The translations under genes and the position numbers were made by a program. The notes under the pieces were generated by a model, which did no database searches, was not told the origin of the DNA, and saw only the letters and a program-made list of their open reading frames with translations. A DNA stretch of 64,000 nucleotides. Source: an uncultured Burkholderiaceae bacterium (GTDB lineage: Bacteria; Pseudomonadota; Gammaproteobacteria; Burkholderiales; Burkholderiaceae_F). This document shows, one piece after another, positions 39,697 to 48,388 of this stretch. The DNA lies in assembly GCA_964539745.1 (NCBI GenBank), contig CAZIJU010000001.1, forward strand, positions 47,845-111,844. The letters are read 5' to 3'. The number at the start of each line of letters is the position of its first letter. Within the stretch, counting starts at the first letter, position 1.

Positions 39697-40547
39697 CAGG
39701 CAAGCTCCCTGAGCGCGCGGACGAGCAGGCGGCGCACGGCATCGAGCCGGTAGGCGCGCGTGCCGCGCACGTCGTCGATCGGTGAAAGCGGCGCAGCCGC
39801 GGCGTCGAGCACGGACTCGGCGCGCGCGACGATCTCGCCGCGCGGTGCGCGGGCGACGGCCGCTTCGAGCGCCGGCAGCCGCTGCGCGGCCGCCGCGCAG
39901 GCGCCCACCGCGACGCCGCAGTAGGTCACTCGATCGGATTCGTCGAAATCAAGCGCCGCGGCGACCATCGCGATCGAGATGACCAGGTAGCGCCGGTGTC
40001 CGAGCTTCAGGAACACCGAGCGTGCCCGCTGCGACCGCGCCGGAATCCGCACGGCGACGAGCAGTTCGTCCGGCCGGCATGCCGTGCGCCGGTTGCCGAG
40101 CACGAACTGCGCGAGCGGCAGCGCGCGCGCCCCCGATGCGCTCGCGAGTTCCACCGTTGCATCGAGCGCCAGCAGCGGCGGGATGCCGTCGGCCGCCGGC
40201 GATGCGTTGCACAGGTTGCCGCCGACGGTACCGCGGTTCTGGATCTGCACGGCCCCGACCTCGTGCGCCGCCTGTGCGAGCGCCGCGCAGTGCGCAGGCA
40301 GCGCAGCGCGCGCGACTTCGCTCCACGTCACGGCCGCACCGATGCGCAGCGCGCCGTCGGGCCTCACCTCGAGTCCGCGCAGCTCGTCGATCGCGCTCAC
40401 GTCGAGCAGCGGCTGCGGCAGCGGCCGGCCGACGTGCGCCGGGTACAGATCGGTACCGCCCGCGAGCACCCGGTGCGGCGCGCGGGCGAGCACCTGCAGC
40501 GCGGCATCGAGCCGCACGGGCCGCACGTAATGCATCGGCGCTGGCAT
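39696..40547 (-). CDS. molybdenum hydroxylase FAD-binding subunit (CoxM/XdhB-like)
   Basis: MPAPMHYVRPVRLDAALQVLA...VLAGGTDLYP...IQNRGTVGGNLCNASPAADG...DDVRGTRAYR. Its stop overlaps the ATG of the next gene by 1 nt. First gene of the operon. Confidence 0.88.
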   Translation of the reverse strand: MPAPMHYVRPVRLDAALQVLARAPHRVLAGGTDLYPAHVGRPLPQPLLDVSAIDELRGLEVRPDGALRIGAAVTWSEVARAALPAHCAALAQAAHEVGAVQIQNRGTVGGNLCNASPAADGIPPLLALDATVELASASGARALPLAQFVLGNRRTACRPDELLVAVRIPARSQRARSVFLKLGHRRYLVISIAMVAAALDFDESDRVTYCGVAVGACAAAAQRLPALEAAVARAPRGEIVARAESVLDAAAAPLSPIDDVRGTRAYRLDAVRRLLVRALRELA

Positions 40548-40644
40548 GCCGGTCGTCTCGCGTAAGCCCCTTTTCACCGTGGACCTGCCGCGCGCCGCTC
40601 GGGCGACCCGCTGGCGCGCGGCGGCTGGCTAGGCTAAATTCCAA

Positions 40645-40668
40645 TCAATGAAGCTTTTACTTCATTGA
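40645..40668. promoter_or_regulatory. perfect 9-6-9 palindrome TCAATGAAG-CTTTTA-CTTCATTGA (candidate operator)
   Basis: AT-rich island in the divergent spacer between the hydroxylase operon (start 40547) and the ferredoxin-NADP reductase gene (start about 40748). Confidence 0.45.
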
Positions 40669-40747
40669 GCGACGCGAAAATTAGTCCAGGTTGGCCGGCG
40701 CGTCAATCGTGCAGCGCGTCTGCGCGGCAGACCCGGCAACCCGGCCC

Positions 40748-41854
40748 ATGGAGAGCGAAACCGCGATGCACAACGACGTCGAAGCCACGCGGCTGCAAGC
40801 CGTAGCCCCGCATGGTGGCCCCATCGAAACCGACGCCTTGGTCGTCGGCGCCGGCCCGGTCGGACTGTTCCAGATCTTCGAGCTCGGGCTGCTCGAGATC
40901 AAGGCGCACATCGTCGACTCGCTGAAGGAAGTCGGCGGACAGTGCATCGAGCTGTATCCGGACAAGCCGATCTACGACATCCCGGCGGTGCCTGTGTGCA
41001 CCGGCAAAGAGCTGACCGACAACTTGCTGAAACAGATCGAGCCGTTCGGCGCGACGTTCCACCTGGGCCAGGAAGTCACGGTCGTCCAAAAGCGCGACGA
41101 CGGACGCTTCGACGTCGAGACCTCCGCCGGCACGCGCTTCGTGACGAAGACCGTGTTCATCGCCGCCGGTGTCGGCAGTTTCCAGCCGCGCACGCTAAAG
41201 GTTCCCGGCATCGAAAAGTTCGAGGGCAAGCAGGTCTTCTACCGCGTCAAGGACCCGTCGCGGTTCTACGGCCGCAACCTCGTGATCTGCGGCGGCGGCG
41301 ACTCGGCGCTCGACTGGACGCTCGACCTCGTCGGCAAGGCCGAAAGCGTGGTGCTGCTGCACCGTCGCGACGGCTTCCGCGCCGCGCCGGCATCGGTCGC
41401 GAAAATGCGCGAACTATGCGAGCAAATGCAGATGCAGTTTCTCGTCGGACAGATCTCCGGCTTCGAGGAGTCCGACGGAAAGCTCACCGAGATACGCGTG
41501 ACCTCCGCCGACGGCGTCACCCGCCGGCTGCCGCTGGACGATCTGCTGGTGTTCTTTGGTCTATCGCCGAAGCTCGGGCCGATCGCCGACTGGGGGCTCG
41601 CGCTCGAACGCAAACAGATCGTCGTCGACACCGAGAAGTTCGAGACCAGCGTGCCGGGCATCTTCGCCGTCGGCGACATCAATACGTACCCGGGCAAGAA
41701 GAAGCTGATCCTGTCGGGCTTCCACGAGGCCGCGCTCGCCGCCTTCGGGGCGGCGAGGTACGTCTTCCCCGACAAGAAGATCCACCTGCAGTACACCACC
41801 ACGAGTCCGAAACTGCACAAGGTGCTCGGCGTCGAGACGCCGGTGTTCGACTGA
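40748..41854 (+). CDS. ferredoxin--NADP(+) reductase, thioredoxin-reductase-like type
   Basis: [34 protein letters not shown]...[16 protein letters not shown]...[11 protein letters not shown]...[27 protein letters not shown]. The start is uncertain (ATG 40748 or 40766; the track gives TTG 40691). Confidence 0.85.
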   Translation: MESETAMHNDVEATRLQAVAPHGGPIETDALVVGAGPVGLFQIFELGLLEIKAHIVDSLKEVGGQCIELYPDKPIYDIPAVPVCTGKELTDNLLKQIEPFGATFHLGQEVTVVQKRDDGRFDVETSAGTRFVTKTVFIAAGVGSFQPRTLKVPGIEKFEGKQVFYRVKDPSRFYGRNLVICGGGDSALDWTLDLVGKAESVVLLHRRDGFRAAPASVAKMRELCEQMQMQFLVGQISGFEESDGKLTEIRVTSADGVTRRLPLDDLLVFFGLSPKLGPIADWGLALERKQIVVDTEKFETSVPGIFAVGDINTYPGKKKLILSGFHEAALAAFGAARYVFPDKKIHLQYTTTSPKLHKVLGVETPVFD

Positions 41855-41933
41855 GCCCGAAGATTACGGTCGCTCGACGCGACGTGCGCGCAGTCCGCGG
41901 CGAACGAACGGCCTTGCGAGCCGGCCGGCGCGA

Positions 41934-42506
41934 TCAGGCTTCGGGCGCACGAACGAAGCCGAACCGCTGCTCCAGCGCGGCAGCACGCAGCCGCTCGAAC
42001 GGCCGCAGCGCGCCGGCGACGCGCAGCAGCGCGGGCGACGCGAAAGCCGCGACATCGCCGCTCAACCATCGCTGCAGCGCGTGATCGTCGAGCGGAACGC
42101 CGTGCGCGTCGGCCACCACGCGGACGAACGCAGCGGTGTCGGAATCGTCGACGACGCCGGCGCCGAAGTCGGTCTGCAGCACGAAGCGGCCGTCGTCGAG
42201 TATGCCCGCCGCGAGCAGCGCCCGCGGCTTCGCATCGGTGTGCGCGCGCAACGCGCCGTCGGCGTCGAGCCGGTAGACCCACGGTGTGACCTCGAGCTCG
42301 ACGTACACGCGCTGCGGCCCGTTCTGGAAGAACCAGCGGCCGCGCTCGTCCGCGGCATAGTTGCGGCCGATGAACTCGCGGATCGCCGCGTTCGCGATCG
42401 TCTGACCCTTGATCCGCCATTCGCCGCGCGCCGTGAGCGCGAGCCAGCCGAACACCGCCGGCACGTTGGGCCACTTGGCGATCGCGGCAAGCACGCTGTC
42501 GTCCAT
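41934..42506 (-). CDS. conserved hypothetical protein
   Basis: 190-aa ORF with good coding character (MDDSVLAAIAKWPNVPAVFGWLALTARGEWRIKGQTI...). I do not recognise the family with confidence. Confidence 0.6.
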   Translation of the reverse strand: MDDSVLAAIAKWPNVPAVFGWLALTARGEWRIKGQTIANAAIREFIGRNYAADERGRWFFQNGPQRVYVELEVTPWVYRLDADGALRAHTDAKPRALLAAGILDDGRFVLQTDFGAGVVDDSDTAAFVRVVADAHGVPLDDHALQRWLSGDVAAFASPALLRVAGALRPFERLRAAALEQRFGFVRAPEA

Positions 42507-43032
42507 GCGCGAAGCTTAACTTCACGTCGCAGCACCTCGCGCGCTTCGGATGCCCGGTTTGCACCCGGAGACGGGTGAGGTTGCGATGCTGCACCGACGA
42601 CGCGCATCGCGGATGAACCGCGTCGCCGCGCGATCCCGGCGACAGCGGCACGGTCGAAGCGCAGGCCGACGACGCGAGGATCGACGCCCGTCGCCCGCGC
42701 ATCGACGATCGCGTCCGTACGCCCTGGGATCGACGGAGGCGCAGATCGCTGGCGCGCGAGCGATCCGCGCGCCGCCCCGCCGCATGCCCTCGGCGGCCCG
42801 CGCAAGGACGATCGGGCCCACGCCCGGTCGCTGCGCCTCGCCAAAAAGACACGTCGACCGCCCGGCCGCGACGATCGGCAAGACGGCGTCGCCGGCCGAT
42901 CGCATCGACGGCGTCGACACGCGCCGCGCGCACCGCGCGCCGGCAACGCCGATCGGGCGGACGGCCCCGCACCGGCAGCACGTTGCGCGGACGGGCGTCA
43001 GGCGCCGTCGCTCACGCAACGCGCGCGGCCCG

Positions 43033-43512
43033 CTACTTTTTGTGGTCGCCGTGCATCGGTGCGGCGGCGCCGATCGCGCGCACGGGCACGTCGAGCTTCA
43101 CTTCGCCCGCGCGCTCGAACCTGAGCGTCAGCGGAAACGTCTGGCCCGCCTTCAACGGCGCCTTCAAGCCGATCAACATGACGTGCAGTCCGCCGGGTTT
43201 CAGCTCGGTCGTGGCGCCGCCGGTGACGTCGATCGCCTCCACCTTGCGCATGCGCATCGTGCTGCCGTCCATCATGTGCGTGTGCAGCTCGACGACATCG
43301 GCGACGGGGGCGCTGGCGGCGACGAGCTTGTCGGTCGCCCCCGCATTGCGGATCTTCAGGTACGCGGCACCGCTGGTCTGGCCGGGCACCGTGGCACGCG
43401 CCCACGCATCGGAAAGGCTTAGCGCGCCGGCCTTGGTGTCGTGGTCGTGCGCACCGACCGCGCTGGCGGCGGCGAGAAATGCAATCGCGAGAAGATGGTG
43501 GACAGTCTTCAT
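43033..43512 (-). CDS. periplasmic copper chaperone PCu(A)C (DUF461)
   Basis: MKTVHHLLAIAFLAAASAVGAHDHD signal peptide...AAYLKIRNAG...VELHTHMMDGSTMRMRKV (H(M)x10Mx21HxM-type Cu site)...GGLHVMLIGLK. Confidence 0.85.
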   Translation of the reverse strand: MKTVHHLLAIAFLAAASAVGAHDHDTKAGALSLSDAWARATVPGQTSGAAYLKIRNAGATDKLVAASAPVADVVELHTHMMDGSTMRMRKVEAIDVTGGATTELKPGGLHVMLIGLKAPLKAGQTFPLTLRFERAGEVKLDVPVRAIGAAAPMHGDHKK

Positions 43513-43540
43513 TTGCGCTCCTTTCGATCGCCCGCAGGCG

Positions 43541-43783
43541 TTAAGCATCGGAAAACTCACGGCAGTCGAACGGCGTTCCGCCGTTGTCGCCCGCGCCGGG
43601 TCGAACCGCGCAGCCGCCGTCCGGAAGCACCGACGCGCCGCCATCGCGCCAGGACGCCAGCGCGATGGCGATCGCCAACGCGGCCACCGGCAGCGAACGG
43701 ATGTCCGGATTGCCCAGGTCGAATTCAGGGCGGTGGCAGGCGGACGACGAGTCGTGCGCCACGAAGGTCGGGATCGGAAGCAT
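43541..43783 (-). CDS. small hypothetical membrane protein
   Basis: 80-aa ORF with one TM (LPVAALAIAIALASW). Hand-counted third-position GC is about 81%, which is coding-like. It lies between the DUF2946 and PCu(A)C genes. No family recognised. Confidence 0.4.
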   Translation of the reverse strand: MLPIPTFVAHDSSSACHRPEFDLGNPDIRSLPVAALAIAIALASWRDGGASVLPDGGCAVRPGAGDNGGTPFDCREFSDA

Positions 43784-43885
43784 GGTCGAATCACCTCGAA
43801 ATCGGTTGAGCCGCCGCGGCTTGCGCGCGGGCGGCGACGTCGCGCACGTCGCCGCTGACGACGTGCGCGATCCAGGCGGAAAGGC

Positions 43886-44245
43886 TCAGCCGAAGCGAGG
43901 CGGTGCGCGCGGCTGCGCGGCCGACCACTCCGCGCGCAGCGCAGGCGCGTGCGCGGCAGCGCTCGCATGGGGCGCGGCCTGCGCGGGTGCGCGGACCCGC
44001 AACGCCGCCGGCGGCGGCGCAGCGAACGAGCCCGCATGCGGCGCGCAATACGGACAGTGCGCGTTGTTCGCGTAACCACCCGCCGGCGCAGGCTCGTCCA
44101 GCGCACCGGCAACCGCGATGCGCGAGGTGCAGATCTCGCCGGACGGCGCGGGCAGCCGCGCGGCTGCCACGGCCGACGCGAACGCATTGAACAGGATCGC
44201 GACAACCGCGATCGCTGCGATCGGACGTCGAGCGCGCCTCAGCAT
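43886..44245 (-). CDS. DUF2946-family protein (copper-associated, CxxC)
   Basis: MLRRARRPIAAIAVVAILFNAFASAVAAA (TM anchor)...HCPYCAPHAG motif typical of DUF2946. It is adjacent to the PCu(A)C gene. Confidence 0.6.
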   Translation of the reverse strand: MLRRARRPIAAIAVVAILFNAFASAVAAARLPAPSGEICTSRIAVAGALDEPAPAGGYANNAHCPYCAPHAGSFAAPPPAALRVRAPAQAAPHASAAAHAPALRAEWSAAQPRAPPRFG

Positions 44246-44406
44246 GGCGCGGTGACGCTACCGCACGCCGATGCGGACTTCAACCGCTTCGCCGCGATGC
44301 GACTGCCCATTCGCGTATGGGGATCGGCCCTACCGGGTGCGGGCCGCACCCGCCACTGGCAGCGCGGCGCTCGTGCCTGCCGGGACGCGTGGCAGACCGT
44401 GCCGAC

Positions 44407-45381
44407 TTATCTGCCGCGCTCGAAGAACTCGAACAGCCGCTGCGGCAGGAAGTCGAGGCTGCCGGGTGGCGTGCCCTGCGCGAATCCGATGTGCCCACCC
44501 TCGTCGGGCTGCTCGAGCACGACGTGCCGGGAGACTTCGTGCGGGCGCGGCAGGCTCGCTGCCGGCACGAACGGATCGTTCTTCGCGTTCAGCACCAGGT
44601 GCGGCACCTTGACGCCGCCGAGCCAGGGCTTGCCGGAGGCGCGCGCCCAGTAGTCGTCGGTGTTGCGAAAGCCGTGGACCGGTGCGGTGTACACGTTGTC
44701 GAACTCGTACAGATTGCGGCTGGCGCGCAGCGCACCGGCATCGGCGATGCCCGGGAAGCGGCGTGCCTTATCGAGCGCCTTGCGCTTGAGCGTAGCGAGG
44801 AACATCTTCGTATAGACGAGGTTGAAACCGCGACCGAGCGCCGCGCCGCCGGCGGCCAGATCGAGCGGAGAGCCGACCGATGCGGCGGCAGCGACGAAGC
44901 GCGCATCCTCTTCGCGTTCGCCGAGCCACTTGGCGAGCATGTTGCCGCCGAGCGAAATGCCGGCCGCGTGCAATCTGGCTTGCGGCCAGCGCGCACGGAC
45001 GCGCCACAGGATCCAGTCGCACTCGGCAGAGTCGCCCGAGTGGTATGCGCGCGGCAGGCGGTTCGGCTCGCCCGAGCAGCCGCGGAAATGCGGCACCATC
45101 CCGCGCCAGCCGCGGTCGGCGGAGTGCCGCATGATCGCGAGCGCGTAGTGGCTGCGCGAACAGCCCTCAAGCCCGTGAAAGAGCACGAGCACCGGCGCGT
45201 CGGCGGCGGACGGTTCCGGCTGCGCGAAGTCGACGTCGATGAAGTCGCCGTCGGGCGTGTCCCAGCGTTCGCGCCGGTAGGCGACGTGCGGTCGCGGCAC
45301 GAACTTGGCGGCGACGATCGTTTGCGAGTGCGCCCCCGGCAGCCAGCGCGGCGCGCGGTAGCGGCTCTCGATCAACGGCAT
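44407..45381 (-). CDS. alpha/beta hydrolase (YheT-like)
   Basis: MPLIESRYRAPRWLPGAHSQTI...VLVLFHGLEGCSRSHY...GISLGGNML (GxSxG)... Confidence 0.8.
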   Translation of the reverse strand: MPLIESRYRAPRWLPGAHSQTIVAAKFVPRPHVAYRRERWDTPDGDFIDVDFAQPEPSAADAPVLVLFHGLEGCSRSHYALAIMRHSADRGWRGMVPHFRGCSGEPNRLPRAYHSGDSAECDWILWRVRARWPQARLHAAGISLGGNMLAKWLGEREEDARFVAAAASVGSPLDLAAGGAALGRGFNLVYTKMFLATLKRKALDKARRFPGIADAGALRASRNLYEFDNVYTAPVHGFRNTDDYWARASGKPWLGGVKVPHLVLNAKNDPFVPAASLPRPHEVSRHVVLEQPDEGGHIGFAQGTPPGSLDFLPQRLFEFFERGR

Positions 45382-45448
45382 GGCAAGGGCGCTCACCCGC
45401 CCTTCGTCGTCCGGGCGCAAGCGGGGGGTCTCAAACGTTCGGAGCGCA

Positions 45449-45477
45449 GAGATCCCTCACCTTCGGTTCGGAATGAC
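45449..45477. repeat. single REP unit (GAGATCCCTCACCTTCGGTTCGGAATGAC)
   Basis: Reverse-orientation member of the GTCATYCCGAG..CGAGGRATC family, in the spacer between the hydrolase and NTF2-like genes. Confidence 0.7.
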
Positions 45478-45491
45478 AAAGCATTTCAGGT

Positions 45492-45932
45492 TCAATGCAA
45501 CGGGCCGCTCGGCGCCTCGATGTCGCGCGCCTCGCCTTCGGGCGCGGGCGAGGCATGGTGCAGCACCATCTTCCAGCCGCCGGGCGTCTTGACGTAGGCG
45601 TTGGTCGCGAACACGTGGGCGATCTGCTGCTGTCGCCCCTGCGTGACGATGACCTCCTCGATCACCGCATGCAGCGCGACCGTCGGCGTCTCGAGCGATT
45701 TCTTGGAGCTCGCGCGGATCCGCAGCGGCCCGTTGGCGAGGATCGCGCGCCACGAGCCGACCACGGCCGCATGACCGACCAGCCGCGGGCCGTTCGGATG
45801 AATGCACGCGACATCCTCGTCGTCGAGCCAGAGCTCGGCCACCGCTTCGGCGTCCGCGGCTTCGAGCGCGTCGTAGAAGGCCTGCTCGCACTCGGCGGGC
45901 GAAGCGAACAGCAGCGGTTTCGTCAGCGACAT
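45492..45932 (-). CDS. NTF2/SnoaL-like (DUF4440-type) protein
   Basis: 146-aa ORF: ECEQAFYDALEAADAEAVAELWLDDEDVACIHPNGPRLVGHAAV..SW... Confidence 0.6.
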   Translation of the reverse strand: MSLTKPLLFASPAECEQAFYDALEAADAEAVAELWLDDEDVACIHPNGPRLVGHAAVVGSWRAILANGPLRIRASSKKSLETPTVALHAVIEEVIVTQGRQQQIAHVFATNAYVKTPGGWKMVLHHASPAPEGEARDIEAPSGPLH

Positions 45933-45995
45933 CTTCGCGTGCGAGTCCGGCTCGCTCGTGCGCGACGCCGCGCGAGCGGCGCCGGCACGCCGGAC

Positions 45996-46190
45996 TCAGT
46001 GGCCTTTGACGACCTCGCCCGGCTTCAGCCGGTAGCGCGTTCCGCAGTACGGACACATCGCCTCGCCGGTCTTGGTCACGTCGAGAAACACGCGCGGATG
46101 GTAGTTCCACAGAGGCATCGACGGATTCGGACAGAACGCGGGCAGGTCCTTCGCCGTGAGCTCGACCACGGGCAGTTCGGTCGTCGTCAT
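45996..46190 (-). CDS. zinc-finger (zf-CHCC type) small protein
   Basis: MTTTELPVVELTAKDLPAFCPNPSMPLWNYHPRVFLDV...AMCPYCGTRYRL. The ATG at 46190 forms an ATGA overlap with the ilvE stop. Confidence 0.7.
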   Translation of the reverse strand: MTTTELPVVELTAKDLPAFCPNPSMPLWNYHPRVFLDVTKTGEAMCPYCGTRYRLKPGEVVKGH

Positions 46191-47110
46191 ACTTTCGTCA
46201 GCCAATGCTTGTACTTCGCCGCGCGGCCGTTGACCACGTCGAAGAACAGGTTCTGGATTTTCTCCGTGATCGGACCGCGCCGCCCCGCGCCGATCGGCCG
46301 ACCGTCCAGTTCGCGGATCGGCGTGACTTCGGCGGCGGTGCCGGTGAAAAACGCCTCATCGGCCAGATACACGTCGTCGCGCGTCATCGGCATCGCGGTC
46401 ACCGCAAGCCCGAGGTCGGCCGCGAGCTCGATCACGCTGCGGCGGGTGATGCCGATCAGCCCGGAGACCATCTGCGGTTCGTACAGGCGGCCGTCGCGCA
46501 CGATGAAGAGGTTTTCCCCCGCGCCCTCGGCGACGAAACCGTTGGTGTCCAGCAGCAGCGCTTCGTCGTAGCCCTCGCGCGTCGCTTCGAGGTTGGCGAG
46601 GATCGAGTTGACATAGTGGCCCGCGGTCTTGGAACGCACCATCGACACGTTGATGTGATGCCGCGCGTACGACGAGGTCTTCACGCGGATGCCCTTCTGC
46701 AGTCCTTCCTCGCCGAGGTACGCGCCCCACGGCCAAGCAGCGATCGCCACGTGCACCTTCGCGCCCTTGGGGCTGACGCCCATTTTTTCCGAGCCGTAGA
46801 AGACGATCGGCCGCAAGTAGCACGCGTCGAGCCTGTTGGCGCGAACGACCTCGCGCTGCGCGTCCGAGATCTGTTCGGGCGAATACGGGATCTCCATCAT
46901 GAAGATCTTCGCCGAGTTGAACAGCCGCTCGGTGTGCTCGCGCAACCGGAAGATCGCCGTGCCGTCGGCGGTCTTGTACGCGCGGACGCCTTCGAAGACC
47001 GCAAGCCCGTAGTGCAGCGAATGCGTCAACACGTGCGTGGTCGCATCGCGCCAAGGCACCAGTTTGCCGTCGTACCAGATCCACCCATCGCGGTCGGCCA
47101 TCGACATCAT
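46187..47110 (-). CDS. ilvE: branched-chain amino acid aminotransferase
   Basis: 307-aa ORF: DGWIWYDGKLVPWRDATTHVLTHSLHYGLAVFEGVRAY...EATREGYDEALLLD...GITRRSVIELA. GGGAGA SD upstream. Confidence 0.93.
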   Translation of the reverse strand: MMSMADRDGWIWYDGKLVPWRDATTHVLTHSLHYGLAVFEGVRAYKTADGTAIFRLREHTERLFNSAKIFMMEIPYSPEQISDAQREVVRANRLDACYLRPIVFYGSEKMGVSPKGAKVHVAIAAWPWGAYLGEEGLQKGIRVKTSSYARHHINVSMVRSKTAGHYVNSILANLEATREGYDEALLLDTNGFVAEGAGENLFIVRDGRLYEPQMVSGLIGITRRSVIELAADLGLAVTAMPMTRDDVYLADEAFFTGTAAEVTPIRELDGRPIGAGRRGPITEKIQNLFFDVVNGRAAKYKHWLTKV

Positions 47111-47165
47111 CTTTCTCCCGGAAGCGAGAGGCGGATTCTAGCGAGTCGGCCCGCCTTCCCACTTC

Positions 47166-47171
47166 TATAAT
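47166..47171 (+). promoter_or_regulatory. candidate -10 box (perfect TATAAT) upstream of the MFS gene
   Basis: TATAAT lies 21 nt upstream of the ATG at 47192, in GC-rich intergenic DNA. No clear -35. Confidence 0.2.
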
Positions 47172-47191
47172 CCGCAGCTCAGGGAGCCTCG

Positions 47192-48388
47192 ATGAAAAAT
47201 CCCGCCGCTGCCCGGCGCCAGATCCTGCTGCTGGTCGCCTGTCAGGCGCTGCTGTACGTCAACAACGTCACGCTGATCGCCGTCAACGGACTGGCAGGTT
47301 TGGCACTCGGACCGAGTCCGCTCTGGGCCACGCTGCCGGTAACGACCTACATCGTCGGTTCGGCGCTCGCCACCGTGCCGGCATCCTTTGCGATGGCGCG
47401 CTGGGGACGCCGCAACGGCTTCATGTTCGGCACCGCAATGGGTTTCGCCGGCACGTCGATCGCGATGATCGCGATGCTGACGGCAAGCTTCGCGCTGCTG
47501 TGCCTCGGCACCTTCGTCGTCGGGCTGTACAACGCGTTCGCGCAGTACCTGCGCTTCGCCGCGGCCGACGTGGCCGACGCGTACGACCCGACGCTGAAGG
47601 AGCGCGCGATCGCGTGGGTGCTCGCAGGCGGCATCGCCGGCGGCATCGTCGGCCCCGAGCTTTCCAAGCTCACGCGCACGCTGTTGCCGGTGGAGTTTGC
47701 CGGCACCTACATCGGACTTGCCGCGATGGCTTTCGTCGCGATGGGAGTCGCGAGCCGATTGCAGATTCCGCACGGGCACACCGCCGCGCACGGCCCGGCG
47801 CGCCCGCTCGCGGCGATCGCCGCACAACCGGCCTTCGTCGTCGCGGTGATCGTCGGCGCGGTCAGTTACGGCGCGATGAACCTGCTGATGACCGCCACGC
47901 CGCTTGCGATGAAGGTGTGCGGCTTCGGCTACCCCGAGGCGGCCGACGTGATCAAATGGCACGTCGTCGCGATGTTCGCGCCCGGCTTTTTCACCGGACA
48001 TCTGATCCGTCGCGCAGGCTCCGCGCCGGTCATGCTCGCCGGCTGCCTGCTGATGTTCGCGACGATGGCGATCGCGCACCACGGCCTCACCTACTGGCAC
48101 TTCTGGTCCGCGCTCGTGCTGCTCGGCGCGGGCTGGAACTTCATGTTCGTCGGCGCCACCACGCTGCTGACGACGACCTACTCGCCGGCCGAAAAGGCCA
48201 AGGTCCAGGGTATCAACGACCTCGTCGTGTTCCTGACGATGATCACGTCGTCGGCCGCGTCGGGCGCGCTGCTGTCGGCCACCGGCTGGACCGATCTGAA
48301 CCTCTGGTCGGTGCCTTTCGTCGCGCTGGCCGCGGCCGCGGTCGTGCTGCTGATGCTGCGGCCGGCCGCGCGGCCGGCGGCCGCATGA
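47192..48388 (+). CDS. MFS transporter
   Basis: 398-aa ORF with about 12 TM segments and an MFS loop motif (MARWGRRNGFM). Confidence 0.85.
   Translation: MKNPAAARRQILLLVACQALLYVNNVTLIAVNGLAGLALGPSPLWATLPVTTYIVGSALATVPASFAMARWGRRNGFMFGTAMGFAGTSIAMIAMLTASFALLCLGTFVVGLYNAFAQYLRFAAADVADAYDPTLKERAIAWVLAGGIAGGIVGPELSKLTRTLLPVEFAGTYIGLAAMAFVAMGVASRLQIPHGHTAAHGPARPLAAIAAQPAFVVAVIVGAVSYGAMNLLMTATPLAMKVCGFGYPEAADVIKWHVVAMFAPGFFTGHLIRRAGSAPVMLAGCLLMFATMAIAHHGLTYWHFWSALVLLGAGWNFMFVGATTLLTTTYSPAEKAKVQGINDLVVFLTMITSSAASGALLSATGWTDLNLWSVPFVALAAAAVVLLMLRPAARPAAA

Noticed and set aside
42522-43019. ORFs of 165-294 codons covering the 42507..43032 gap (42522..43019-, 42062..42946-, 42550..43422+)
   Set aside because: They have extremely Arg-rich sequences, and there is no codon-phase GC periodicity in a hand count of 180 nt. 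They overlap real genes out of frame. The region is treated as non-coding.
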